Below are positions 17,252 through 25,315 of a stretch of 25,315 nucleotides of DNA, piece by piece. The stretch spans positions 1-25,315 of the forward strand of contig JBJHCF010000059.1 in assembly GCA_050506795.1 (NCBI GenBank), read 5' to 3'. Each line of letters begins with the position of its first letter. The stretch's first letter is position 1. The stretch comes from Opitutia bacterium. GTDB lineage: Bacteria; Verrucomicrobiota; Verrucomicrobiia; Opitutales; T3Sed10-336. The position numbers and the translations under genes were made by a program. A model generated the notes under the pieces. It did no database searches and was not told the origin of the DNA. It saw only the letters and a program-made list of their open reading frames with translations.

Positions 17252-17299
17252 CCGGAAAGCGGAGGGCAACCCGATTCAAGGTTTCCCTCCGCTTTCCGG
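17252..17299. terminator. Strong hairpin between the convergent DUF2017-like and hppA genes, probable bidirectional terminator
   Basis: Perfect 15-bp arms CCGGAAAGCGGAGGG (17252-17266) and CCCTCCGCTTTCCGG (17285-17299), extended inward by AACC/GGTT. No clear U-tracts. Confidence 0.65.
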
Positions 17300-17312
17300 G
17301 ATTAGCCGAAGC

Positions 17313-19430
17313 TCAGAAGATCGGTTGCAGCGGGATGATCGGGGCGATGATCAGGCTGACGATGGCCATGACGTTGATCAGGATGTTCATCGACGGGCCG
17401 GAAGTGTCCTTGAGGGGATCCCCCACCGTGTCTCCGACCACGGTCGCCTTGTGGGCTTCCGAACCTTTGCCTCCGAAATGACCCTTTTCCACGTATTTCT
17501 TGGCGTTGTCCCAGGCGCCGCCCGAGTTCGACATGAACAGCGCCAGCAGGAAGCAGCCGATTAAAGCTCCCACCAGCATCCCGCCCAGGATGGTCGCTCC
17601 GAAGACAAACCCGACCACCACGGGGCCAAAAACCGCCAACGCCCCGGGAAGAGCCATGCGCTTCAGGGCGCCTTTGGTTGCGATGTCGATGCAGCGGGCG
17701 GAATCCGGTTTGGCTTTTCCTTCCAGCAGCCCGGGGATCTCCCGGAACTGACGCCGAATTTCCTCGATGAGATCGTGTGCGGCATTCCCCACGGCATTCA
17801 TGGTGATCGCTCCGTTAAGGACCGGGAAAACGATGCCCAAAAAGATTCCCAGCAAAACCAGGGGGTCTGTGAGGGAGAGGGGGAAGAAATCCAGAATCCT
17901 TTCGATGCCGAATCCGTCCTGCTCGGAAAGAACTCCCTCCGCGATCTGCATATTCACGATCCGTTCCCCGATCACACTGGCGAATGCGACGACCAGGGAG
18001 AGGGCCGCCAGGCTGGCGGCGCCGATGGCGAATCCCTTGCCGATCGCGGCGGTGGTGTTGCCCACTTCGTCGAGTTCGTCGGTGATCTTCCGGGTTTCGG
18101 GACCCATCTCGGTCATTTCGGCGATCCCGCCGGCATTGTCGGCCACCGGACCGTAGGCATCGATGGCCATGGTGATCCCGATGGTGGCGAGCATGCCGAC
18201 CGCCGCGATGGCAACGCCGTAGAGCCCGGCCAGATTGCTGGCGACGAGAATGGCGATTGCCGCGGTGAGCGCGGGAATCGCTACCGAGAAAAGGCCGACG
18301 GATAGCCCGGAAATGATCACGGTGGCCACTCCCGTTTCCGAGGCGCGTGCGATGCTGCGCACCGGTTTCCCTCCGGTGAAGAACTCGGTGGAAAGGCCGA
18401 TTGTAATGCCGGCGATGGTTCCTGTCAGGACGGCGCCCCACACCGCCGGAGTCGCATTGAAGTACTTAACGACAAAGTAGGATGAAAAAATGAACAGGAG
18501 TGCCGCGCCGATCGTTCCGAATCGAAGCGCCCTTGCCGGCTGCTGACCGGAGGCCAGTTTTACGATCAAGAGGCCCAGCATGGCGCAAATGATACCCATG
18601 GAAGTCATGGCGAGGGGAAGATACATCAGGACCGGACGCATCTCGGCGTCCACCGCGATCGCATCGACTCCCATCAAACGACCGACTTGAGGCAGGGCCA
18701 TCGTGGCGGCGATCGCCATGGTGGCGATCTGGGCGTTACAATAGGATTCGAAGAGATCCGAACCCATGCCGGCCACGTCGCCCACATTGTCACCCACATT
18801 GTCGGCGATCACCCCGGGGTTGCGGGGATCGTCCTCCGGAATACCCGCTTCCACTTTGCCCACAAGATCGGCTCCGACATCGGCGGCTTTGGTGAAAATC
18901 CCGCCGCCGACACGGAAGAAGATAGCCACCAGCGAGGCCCCCATGGCGAATCCGTGGATGATGTGCACGTCCTCCGCGGTTTCACCGAAAAACAGGAAGA
19001 GGCCACCGATGCCGATGAGACCCATGGAGGCGATCGTCAGTCCCATGACCGAACCCCCGGCGAACGCCGTGGTGAGCGCGGCGCCGGCGCCGCGGGTCTT
19101 GGCGGCTATGGTGGTGCGAACGTTGGCTTTGGTGGCGGCATACATGCCGATGAATCCAGCCATAAACGAGGCCAGGGCGCCCAAAAGGAAGGCCAATGCT
19201 TCCCACCGGTCTTTGAACATCAACAGGATGCCGACCACGACCACAAATGGAATCAGGATCTGCAACTCGCGACGCATGAAAACCATAGCGCCGTTGTGGA
19301 TCTGCGAGGCGATATCGGCGACGTGACCTTCGCCTCCGGAAAGACGCATGATTCGCCGATAAATGCAATATGCCGCCAAGAGCCCCAACAGCCCGAGAAT
19401 AGGTGTTACCAGTTGTATTCCGATTTGCAT
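17313..19430 (-). CDS. hppA: Membrane-integral pyrophosphatase, K+-dependent, predicted Na+-translocating
   Basis: [38 protein letters not shown] (gate Glu in the Na+-PPase position), [18 protein letters not shown] (K+-dependent signature), WDNAKK and [14 protein letters not shown]. Confidence 0.97.
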   Translation of the reverse strand: MQIGIQLVTPILGLLGLLAAYCIYRRIMRLSGGEGHVADIASQIHNGAMVFMRRELQILIPFVVVVGILLMFKDRWEALAFLLGALASFMAGFIGMYAATKANVRTTIAAKTRGAGAALTTAFAGGSVMGLTIASMGLIGIGGLFLFFGETAEDVHIIHGFAMGASLVAIFFRVGGGIFTKAADVGADLVGKVEAGIPEDDPRNPGVIADNVGDNVGDVAGMGSDLFESYCNAQIATMAIAATMALPQVGRLMGVDAIAVDAEMRPVLMYLPLAMTSMGIICAMLGLLIVKLASGQQPARALRFGTIGAALLFIFSSYFVVKYFNATPAVWGAVLTGTIAGITIGLSTEFFTGGKPVRSIARASETGVATVIISGLSVGLFSVAIPALTAAIAILVASNLAGLYGVAIAAVGMLATIGITMAIDAYGPVADNAGGIAEMTEMGPETRKITDELDEVGNTTAAIGKGFAIGAASLAALSLVVAFASVIGERIVNMQIAEGVLSEQDGFGIERILDFFPLSLTDPLVLLGIFLGIVFPVLNGAITMNAVGNAAHDLIEEIRRQFREIPGLLEGKAKPDSARCIDIATKGALKRMALPGALAVFGPVVVGFVFGATILGGMLVGALIGCFLLALFMSNSGGAWDNAKKYVEKGHFGGKGSEAHKATVVGDTVGDPLKDTSGPSMNILINVMAIVSLIIAPIIPLQPIF

Positions 19431-19597
19431 GGCAATGAGAGGATTTAGGAGGTGTGCCTTTGGTATGTAACGGGTTTTCCGGAAATGTCAGCAAGTATTT
19501 TGTTTGCGATGAACTACTTAACGTTTTCTTATGCGGTTTATTAGCCTGATCCCAAAGGAGCGGGTGTCGCATCCGGTGAGATTTCGGCCGACAGGCT

Positions 19598-20632
19598 TCA
19601 ATCGTATTTCGCCTTCAGGGTTCGGCCGGAGCGGGCGCTTCGGGCCGCGAGGTCGAGAATGTGGATCGGCCGTCGCGCCCATTCGGGGGTGATCACCAGC
19701 GGGGCGCCTTCGAGAATGTGATCGGCCACGTTCTTGTAGAAGCGTTTGCTTTCGCCTTCCCAGGGAGGATTCTTTCCTTCGCGAACCACGGTCTCACCCC
19801 GGTCGCGGGTGATCCATTTCCAGGAGTCTCCTCCGAAAATGTAACTTCCTTTGGTTCCCGTGACCTCGACCCACCCGGGTTTCGGATTGGAATCGAGGCT
19901 GGTGATACAAAGGGTGAGCCACTGGCCCGACTTAAACCGGACCACGGCGAAGGCTTCGTCCTCGTTGGTGTCGTCTCCCCAGACGGTGGTCGGCGCCCAG
20001 AATCCGGTCCTGGCGAATCCGCCGACTTCGATGATTTCGCTGTCTATGAGTTGCAGCGAGTATTCCAGAAGGTGGACTCCCCAGTCATACAAAATCCCCC
20101 CTGAGATCGACCGGCTTGAACGCCACCAGTCGCGCGGTTGTTCCCGCACGCCCATGTGGGCTTCGATGCGGACAATATCGCCGATGGCGCCGCGCTCAAT
20201 TCTCTTTCGCGCCTCCAGAATGCAGCCGTCCCAGTGCCGGTTGTGGTAGGTCGAAAGAGTCAGCTTGCGCTTCTTCGCTTCGGCGATCATGCGGTCGCAT
20301 TCCTCCGTGGTGATGGTCAGGGGTTTTTCACAGACCACGTGTCGATTTCCCTTCAGACATTGCACGGCCAGGTCGGCGTGGGTGTTGTGGGGCGTGATGA
20401 TCGTGATGAGATCCACGTCGGACTCCCGAAGCATCCGGTCGACCGAATCGAAAAGCCCGATGCCGGGATAATCCTCTCCCGCCTCCCGCAGGCGGGCGGG
20501 ATCGATCTCCGCCACCGCGGCCGGTCGAACACCGGCCTTGCGCATGGCTTCGAGATGGTGACGGCCCATGTTAAAGGCGCCGCCGTAACCGATGACGCCT
20601 CCCTTGAGTTTTTTGCGGTTCCTTTCGGGCAT
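19598..20632 (-). CDS. Gfo/Idh/MocA family NAD(P)-dependent oxidoreductase
   Basis: GVIGYG Rossmann start, ITPHNTH, HVVCEKP, YHNRHWD and GGILYDWGVH. Confidence 0.94.
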   Translation of the reverse strand: MPERNRKKLKGGVIGYGGAFNMGRHHLEAMRKAGVRPAAVAEIDPARLREAGEDYPGIGLFDSVDRMLRESDVDLITIITPHNTHADLAVQCLKGNRHVVCEKPLTITTEECDRMIAEAKKRKLTLSTYHNRHWDGCILEARKRIERGAIGDIVRIEAHMGVREQPRDWWRSSRSISGGILYDWGVHLLEYSLQLIDSEIIEVGGFARTGFWAPTTVWGDDTNEDEAFAVVRFKSGQWLTLCITSLDSNPKPGWVEVTGTKGSYIFGGDSWKWITRDRGETVVREGKNPPWEGESKRFYKNVADHILEGAPLVITPEWARRPIHILDLAARSARSGRTLKAKYD

Positions 20633-20647
20633 TTGGGTGTGGGTTGG

Positions 20648-20818
20648 TGGTGATCGGTTATCCGGAGATTCGTGATTGGTTACTCGTTATTGATTATTGG
20701 CCGCCTGACAATGCGGAAAATCGTAACGGCGGCGGGAGGAGGGAACCACCCGCCAAAAAAACAAACGGCGGGCCGTAAACCCCCGGCCCCCCAAAGAATC
20801 ACCAACAACGAATCACAA
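20648..20818. repeat. Degenerate heptamer tandem repeats in inverted orientation
   Basis: Left array at 20648-20697: TGGTGAT CGGTTAT c CGGAGAT TCGTGAT TGGTTAC TCGTTAT TGATTAT. Right array at 20798-20818 (ATCACCA ACAACGA ATCACAA) gives TGGTGAT, TCGTTGT and TTGTGAT when reverse-complemented. Confidence 0.65.
20755..20792 (-). terminator. Probable intrinsic terminator of topB
   Basis: Minus strand GGGCCG-ggggttta-CGGCCC followed by gccGTTTGTTTTTTT, about 40 nt after the topB stop. Confidence 0.45.
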
Positions 20819-20829
20819 ACACCCGACCC

Positions 20830-23343
20830 TCACTCCTTCCTGGCGGCTTTCTTGACCGCCTTTTTGGCGGCGGTTTTTTTCTTTTCCCGGGGAGGAAACT
20901 CGAAACCGATATCGCCCTTGTCTTTGAGAACAAGGTGGGCCGAGAACGGTTTCTTTGATTTCTTCGACCAAAAATTCGGCAGCAGATCGGTTTTCCGTTC
21001 TTCCAGCAGTTTCTTGATCTGCGGCTTGTCGATATCTCTTCCGAGGATTTTCCGGCTGACCCGGAAATCGCACTTCTTCGCCTCGTCATCGGCGCGGGAC
21101 TTTTCGCAAATGTAGGCGGAAACGCTTTCGTACACCTTGGCCCCGCACTTGGGGCAGGTCCCGACGACTTCGAGCTTCGAAAAATCGATCGGTTCTCCCT
21201 CGCCGTTCCCGTCGCCGCCCCCGGCGTTGTCGAATACGAAGCGAATGCGGTTCTCGTCGTTGAGTTCCAGGATGGCGCTGAAGGGTTTGCCCTTTTTGGA
21301 GCGAAACCCTTCCAGCGGCCCGATTCGGCGCTCGTTGAGCAGTTGCTGCACCTCCGGCTCGTCCAGTTTGCGATTTCCCACCACCTTATAGATGCTGAGT
21401 TCGCCATCCTGAGACTTGTAGCGCCGGGCGTTCTCCAGCATGGGTTTGCCGTCGGAGGGACTGATGATCGAGGTTTCCGTCGCGTTTTCGTCGGTCTCCT
21501 CGAAATTCTTGGTCTTCTCCACGATATCCCGAGTCAATCCGGTGATCTCCCGCATGAAATTCTCACGTGATAATCTGCCTTCCTCGATCTGCCGGAGTTT
21601 GTATTCCCATTCTCCGGTCAGGGAGGGGCTGGTCAGGGCGTCGGCTTTGACCTCCTGGAGGAAATCCAGCAACAGTTCGGCCTTTCCGGTGGGAATGAGA
21701 TCGCGCCGTTCCCGTTCGAGGTATTTTTCCCGCACCAGGTGATCGATGATGTTGGCCCGGGTGGCCGGGGTTCCCAGCCCCTTTTCTTTCATCGCTTCGG
21801 CCAACTCGTCGTCTTCCACCAGCTTTCCGGCGCCTTCCATCGCCGAAAGCAGCGTGGCTTCCGTGTAGCGGGGCGGAGGCTTGGTTTGTTCCTCGCACAT
21901 TTCCGAATTCACGGTGCGCGCCCGCGCCGGATCACCATCGTCCTGATGAAGCGGAACCAGGGTCGAGGCGTCGTCGTCACCGGTCGCGCTCTTGCCGTAA
22001 ACCGCCAGCCAGCCGGGTTCGACCAGGACCTTGCCTTCGGTCTTGAAGACATGCTCCTCCACCTTGCTCAAGCGGGTGGTGACGTCGAACTGGGCGTTGG
22101 GGTAAAAGGCGGCGATGAATCGCCGGGCGATCATGTCGTAGATTTTGGCTTCGTTCTCCGGGAGCGATTTCGGCGTTTCGGTGGTCGGAATAATGGCGAA
22201 GTGATCGCTTACCTGGGCGTTGTTGAATATGCGCTTGTTGGGTTTGACGTAGCCTTCCGTCAGGGCCTTCTTCGCATGAGCGGCCAGCGCGCCGTCCATA
22301 TTTTCAAGCGTATCCTTACAGACGGGAACGTAGTCCTCGGGCAGGGCCTTGGAATCGGTACGGGGGTAGGTGATGACCTTGTAGCGTTCGTAGAGGGACT
22401 GGGCGATCTGCAGGGTGCGGGCGGCCGGATATCCGAAACGGTTGTTGGCTTCGCGCTGGAGGGTGGTCAGATCGTAAAGCCTGGGAGCGGACTGCTGGCT
22501 CCGTTTGCGTTCCTCGCTGACAGCGGCCTCCGGTTTTTTTTCCAGAATGGCCAGGACCCGCTCGGCGGTTTCCCGGTCCCAGATGCGGTCGGCGCGATCG
22601 TGTTCGTCATCGGACTTCTTGAAATCCGGACGCTGGTAAACGCCCTGGTAGCCTCCCTGCGTGATTTCGAAGTCGGCCAGCAGCCGGTAGTAGGTCCGCG
22701 CCTTGAAACCGCGAATCTGGCGTTCGCGCTCCATCACGATGGCCAGGGTGGGGGTCTGCACCCGGCCCACGGTGGCGGCCTGGCCACCGCGCGATCCGAA
22801 CATACGTTTGGTCACGGCCCGGGTGCCGTTGATTCCGATCAGCCAATCCGATTCCGAGCGGCACCGGGCCGCATCCGCCAGCGGAGTCATTTCATCGCCA
22901 TCACGCAGACGGGCGAAGGCCTCCCGAATTCCCGCCGGGGTCATCGAGGACATCCACAGTCGTTTGACCGGTTTGCGCGATTTCACCAGCTGATTGATGT
23001 AGGTGAAGATCAGTTCGCCCTCGCGACCGGCGTCACAGGCGTTGACAACCGTTTCGATGTCCTTGCGCGAAAAGAGCTTCTTCAACTCCTGGAAGCGACT
23101 TTTGGTTTTCTCAATCGGCTTAAGTTGAAAGGTCTCCGGGATAATCGGGAGGTTGTCCAGGCGCCAATAGCTGTACTTCTTGTCGATCTCTTCCGGCATC
23201 ACCAATTCGACCAGGTGGCCCTGGGCGGCGGCCACCACGTAGGAATCGTTTTCGAAGTAGTCTCCGTTTTTGGGGACTTTACCCAGGGAATTGGCAATGT
23301 CCCGAGCGACGCTGGGTTTCTCGGCGATGATAAGTGTTTTCAT
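20830..23343 (-). CDS. topB: DNA topoisomerase III (type IA)
   Basis: TOPRIM motifs IAEKPSVA and NACDAGREGELIF, DWLIGINGTR, TVGRVQTPTL, catalytic ITYPRTDS, DHFAIIPT and GLGTPATRA. The C-terminus has repeated F-x-SKK modules, a CPKC Zn ribbon and a Lys/Ala tail. Confidence 0.93.
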   Translation of the reverse strand: MKTLIIAEKPSVARDIANSLGKVPKNGDYFENDSYVVAAAQGHLVELVMPEEIDKKYSYWRLDNLPIIPETFQLKPIEKTKSRFQELKKLFSRKDIETVVNACDAGREGELIFTYINQLVKSRKPVKRLWMSSMTPAGIREAFARLRDGDEMTPLADAARCRSESDWLIGINGTRAVTKRMFGSRGGQAATVGRVQTPTLAIVMERERQIRGFKARTYYRLLADFEITQGGYQGVYQRPDFKKSDDEHDRADRIWDRETAERVLAILEKKPEAAVSEERKRSQQSAPRLYDLTTLQREANNRFGYPAARTLQIAQSLYERYKVITYPRTDSKALPEDYVPVCKDTLENMDGALAAHAKKALTEGYVKPNKRIFNNAQVSDHFAIIPTTETPKSLPENEAKIYDMIARRFIAAFYPNAQFDVTTRLSKVEEHVFKTEGKVLVEPGWLAVYGKSATGDDDASTLVPLHQDDGDPARARTVNSEMCEEQTKPPPRYTEATLLSAMEGAGKLVEDDELAEAMKEKGLGTPATRANIIDHLVREKYLERERRDLIPTGKAELLLDFLQEVKADALTSPSLTGEWEYKLRQIEEGRLSRENFMREITGLTRDIVEKTKNFEETDENATETSIISPSDGKPMLENARRYKSQDGELSIYKVVGNRKLDEPEVQQLLNERRIGPLEGFRSKKGKPFSAILELNDENRIRFVFDNAGGGDGNGEGEPIDFSKLEVVGTCPKCGAKVYESVSAYICEKSRADDEAKKCDFRVSRKILGRDIDKPQIKKLLEERKTDLLPNFWSKKSKKPFSAHLVLKDKGDIGFEFPPREKKKTAAKKAVKKAARKE

Positions 23344-23440
23344 GAAGGAAATTAATTGGGTTGGGGACGTAGTAAGGGGCGGAGGGGACGAGGCTCAATT
23401 TAAAACGACGGAGAGACGGGCGGTACGGGCGCCGGGACGC

Positions 23441-23806
23441 CTATTTCCCATTGCGCTTGATGATTTTCCGGTTGGCGTTCCCCAACACGATGACCCGGGG
23501 TTGCCAGGATTCTGCTTCGGACTCGGAAACCGAGCAGAAAGCCATAATAGTGAGAAGGTCGCCGACTTTTCCCAGGTGCGCGGTGGCCCCGTTCAAGCTG
23601 ATTTTGTACGACCCGGCCGGAGCGGGAATGGCGTAGGTTTCGAAGCGTTCACCATTGGCCAGGTTGCCGACCAGGATTTTTTCGTAGGGGCGAAGGCCCA
23701 CCTCGGTCATTAAATCCTGGTCGATGCCGAGACTGCCCTCATAGTTGAGGCTGGAATCGGTGACTTCCGCGCGGTGAATTTTGGATTTGAGCAAGTGCAA
23801 ATGCAT
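23441..23806 (-). CDS. panD: Aspartate 1-decarboxylase proenzyme
   Basis: With ATG 23806, K9-I-H11 and the self-cleavage site G24-S25 (YEGS) fall at canonical positions. NGERFETY and LNGA are also present. Confidence 0.97.
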   Translation of the reverse strand: MHLHLLKSKIHRAEVTDSSLNYEGSLGIDQDLMTEVGLRPYEKILVGNLANGERFETYAIPAPAGSYKISLNGATAHLGKVGDLLTIMAFCSVSESEAESWQPRVIVLGNANRKIIKRNGK

Positions 23807-23996
23807 TTTTATGCCTAAAAGTGCCGGGAATCCTTCAAAAAGCGTCATTTCCCCGGGTTCGTCAATGGCTTTCCTGAACACTTAACTATAGGCTGACACG
23901 CGATTCCCGAAAGCGGAGACAGGATTTTTTTGTCCGTTGGACCTTATCCGGTTCACTTTTCCCTGAAAGTCGTTGTAAAAGAGATGTTATTCCAGT

Positions 23997-25250
23997 GTGG
24001 AAACCCTTCGGGAAAATTATGATGCGATGCTGAATCGACTGTTGGCCAAGTTCCGGCACAGCCTGTACCGTTTCGAACAGTACACGGTCGACGTGATCTA
24101 CGGCCGGCGGTCGGGGTGGCGGGCTTCGATCTATGGTGGCTTCCTGCAACTTAACTCCCTGCTTTACAGCGGTATCGTGCAGATTCGCACCTGGCTTTAT
24201 CGCAAGCGTATTCTGCACGACCAGCCGTTGGGCTGCCTGGTGGTTGTGGTGGGGAACCTGACGGTCGGGGGCACCGGAAAGACGCCGGTGGTCGAGAAAT
24301 TCGCCCGCTCCCTAGCCGAGAGGGGACGGCGGGTGGCCATTCTCAGCCGCGGGTATAAGAGCAAGAGCGAACCCCTCTGGAGACAATGGTGGCGGCGCAT
24401 CTCCCACGGCGGAGAACCCCCGCCGCCCAAGGTGGTCAGTGACGGCGAAAATGTGCTCATGGACTCGGAAATGGCCGGCGACGAACCCTACATGCTGGCC
24501 CGCAACCTGCCCGGAGTCCTGGTGATCGTGGACAAAAACCGGGTCAAGAGCGGCTCCTACGCCATTCGCAAGTACGGCGTGGACACCTTGATCCTGGACG
24601 ACGGGTTCCAGTACCTTCCGCTCAAGGGCCGGCTCAACCTGCTGCTCATCGACAAGACCAATCCCTTCGGCAACGAAAAACTCCTGCCCCGAGGCATCCT
24701 GCGCGAGCCGATCAAACACCTGAAGCGGGCTTCCTATGTTTTCCTGACCAAATCCGACGGCCAGCCCGACGGCGAGTTGGAGGACCTGATCCGGCACTAC
24801 AACCGGGAGGCGGAAATCATCGAGTGTGCCCACCGGCCCTCCTATTTGCAGGAAGTCAACGGCGAAGGGCGTATGGAACTGGAAGCCCTGCGCGGGCGGC
24901 GGGTGGGAGCGTTCAGCGGGATCGCCGTCCCGGAGAGTTTCGAGGGATTCCTGAGGGAACTGGGTGCGAGCGTGCTCCTCACCAAAAGATTTCTCGATCA
25001 CCACCGCTTTACCAGCAGGGAACTGGAGGATATTTTCCGTCAGGCCGCGGAAGCCTCCCTGGATTATCTGATCACCACCGAAAAGGACGCGGTCCGCATC
25101 CCTCCCGAGCTTCGTTCGGAAGTGCCTCTTTATTACCTGCGCCTCGAGATCGAGATCATCGACGGCACGCATGATTTCGAGGAAGCCGTCTCACGCATCT
25201 GTTTTCCGGAACTCATTCGCACCTCCGCCGCCAGCCGGGCGACCGGGTGA
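23997..25250 (+). CDS. lpxK: Tetraacyldisaccharide 4'-kinase
   Basis: [13 protein letters not shown] (Walker A), [28 protein letters not shown] and TTEKDAVR. Start is GTG 23997 or ATG 24027. Confidence 0.96.
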   Translation: METLRENYDAMLNRLLAKFRHSLYRFEQYTVDVIYGRRSGWRASIYGGFLQLNSLLYSGIVQIRTWLYRKRILHDQPLGCLVVVVGNLTVGGTGKTPVVEKFARSLAERGRRVAILSRGYKSKSEPLWRQWWRRISHGGEPPPPKVVSDGENVLMDSEMAGDEPYMLARNLPGVLVIVDKNRVKSGSYAIRKYGVDTLILDDGFQYLPLKGRLNLLLIDKTNPFGNEKLLPRGILREPIKHLKRASYVFLTKSDGQPDGELEDLIRHYNREAEIIECAHRPSYLQEVNGEGRMELEALRGRRVGAFSGIAVPESFEGFLRELGASVLLTKRFLDHHRFTSRELEDIFRQAAEASLDYLITTEKDAVRIPPELRSEVPLYYLRLEIEIIDGTHDFEEAVSRICFPELIRTSAASRATG

Positions 25251-25277
25251 TTCCGGTCGGCCCGAATCACCCACACG

Positions 25278-25303
25278 TAATTTCTTGGAAAAAGGTGTTG
25301 ACA
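25278..25303 (+). promoter_or_regulatory. Consensus -35 with an AT-rich upstream tract; the -10 would lie beyond the window
   Basis: TAATTTCTTGGAAAAAGGTG followed by TTGACA (25298-25303) in intergenic DNA after lpxK. Confidence 0.45.
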
Positions 25304-25315
25304 CGGTAGGGATGT

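Noticed and set aside
18780..18803. Tandem CCCACATTGTC repeat
   Set aside because: It simply encodes the conserved DNVGDNVGD motif of HppA.
996..19430. Clustering of PPi/polyP-related genes (hpt, maf, ppk1, proS, hppA) as a phosphate-energy island
   Set aside because: They lie in separate transcription units with mixed orientations; these are common core genes, so co-location is probably chance.
19431..19597. Possible Na+ or other riboswitch upstream of hppA
   Set aside because: AT-rich promoter-like DNA with no recognisable aptamer or terminator. An Rfam scan would be needed to exclude it fully.
20648..20818. Intergenic repeats considered as a CRISPR array
   Set aside because: The units are 7 bp, degenerate and lack spacers; no cas genes are present.
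21739..23355. 538-aa antisense ORF inside topB
   Set aside because: Codon-register shadow of topB with no motifs. The same applies to 14704..16161 (proS), 4292..5614, 13419..14321 and 24312..25172.
23886..24218. 110-aa minus-strand ORF between panD and lpxK
   Set aside because: Mostly antisense to lpxK, with no motifs.

Overview
High-GC bacterial chromosomal window. Protein families and the scarcity of Shine-Dalgarno sites point to Verrucomicrobiota, probably Opitutales (inference). It is mostly core genes: hpt, a TolC-maf-TonB/TolA-like operon, mutY, a Fur-family regulator, ppk1, proS-clpS-DUF2017, membrane pyrophosphatase hppA, a Gfo/Idh/MocA oxidoreductase, topB, panD and lpxK. There is one accessory-looking xylo-oligosaccharide module (LacI regulator, GH52 beta-xylosidase, GPH symporter) and an apparently 5'-truncated beta-helix gene at the left edge next to a possible IS end. 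I saw no rRNA, tRNA, CRISPR array, prophage or defence system, and no clearly new multi-gene system. The best leads are a K+-dependent Na+-type pyrophosphatase with Asn replacing the conserved helix-16 gate Lys, a ligand-degenerate Fur homologue divergent from DUF971-mutY, an inverted heptamer-repeat element with mutually exclusive hairpins downstream of topB, a structured proS leader, and candidate leaderless promoters. All family assignments come from motif recognition by eye; no searches were run.
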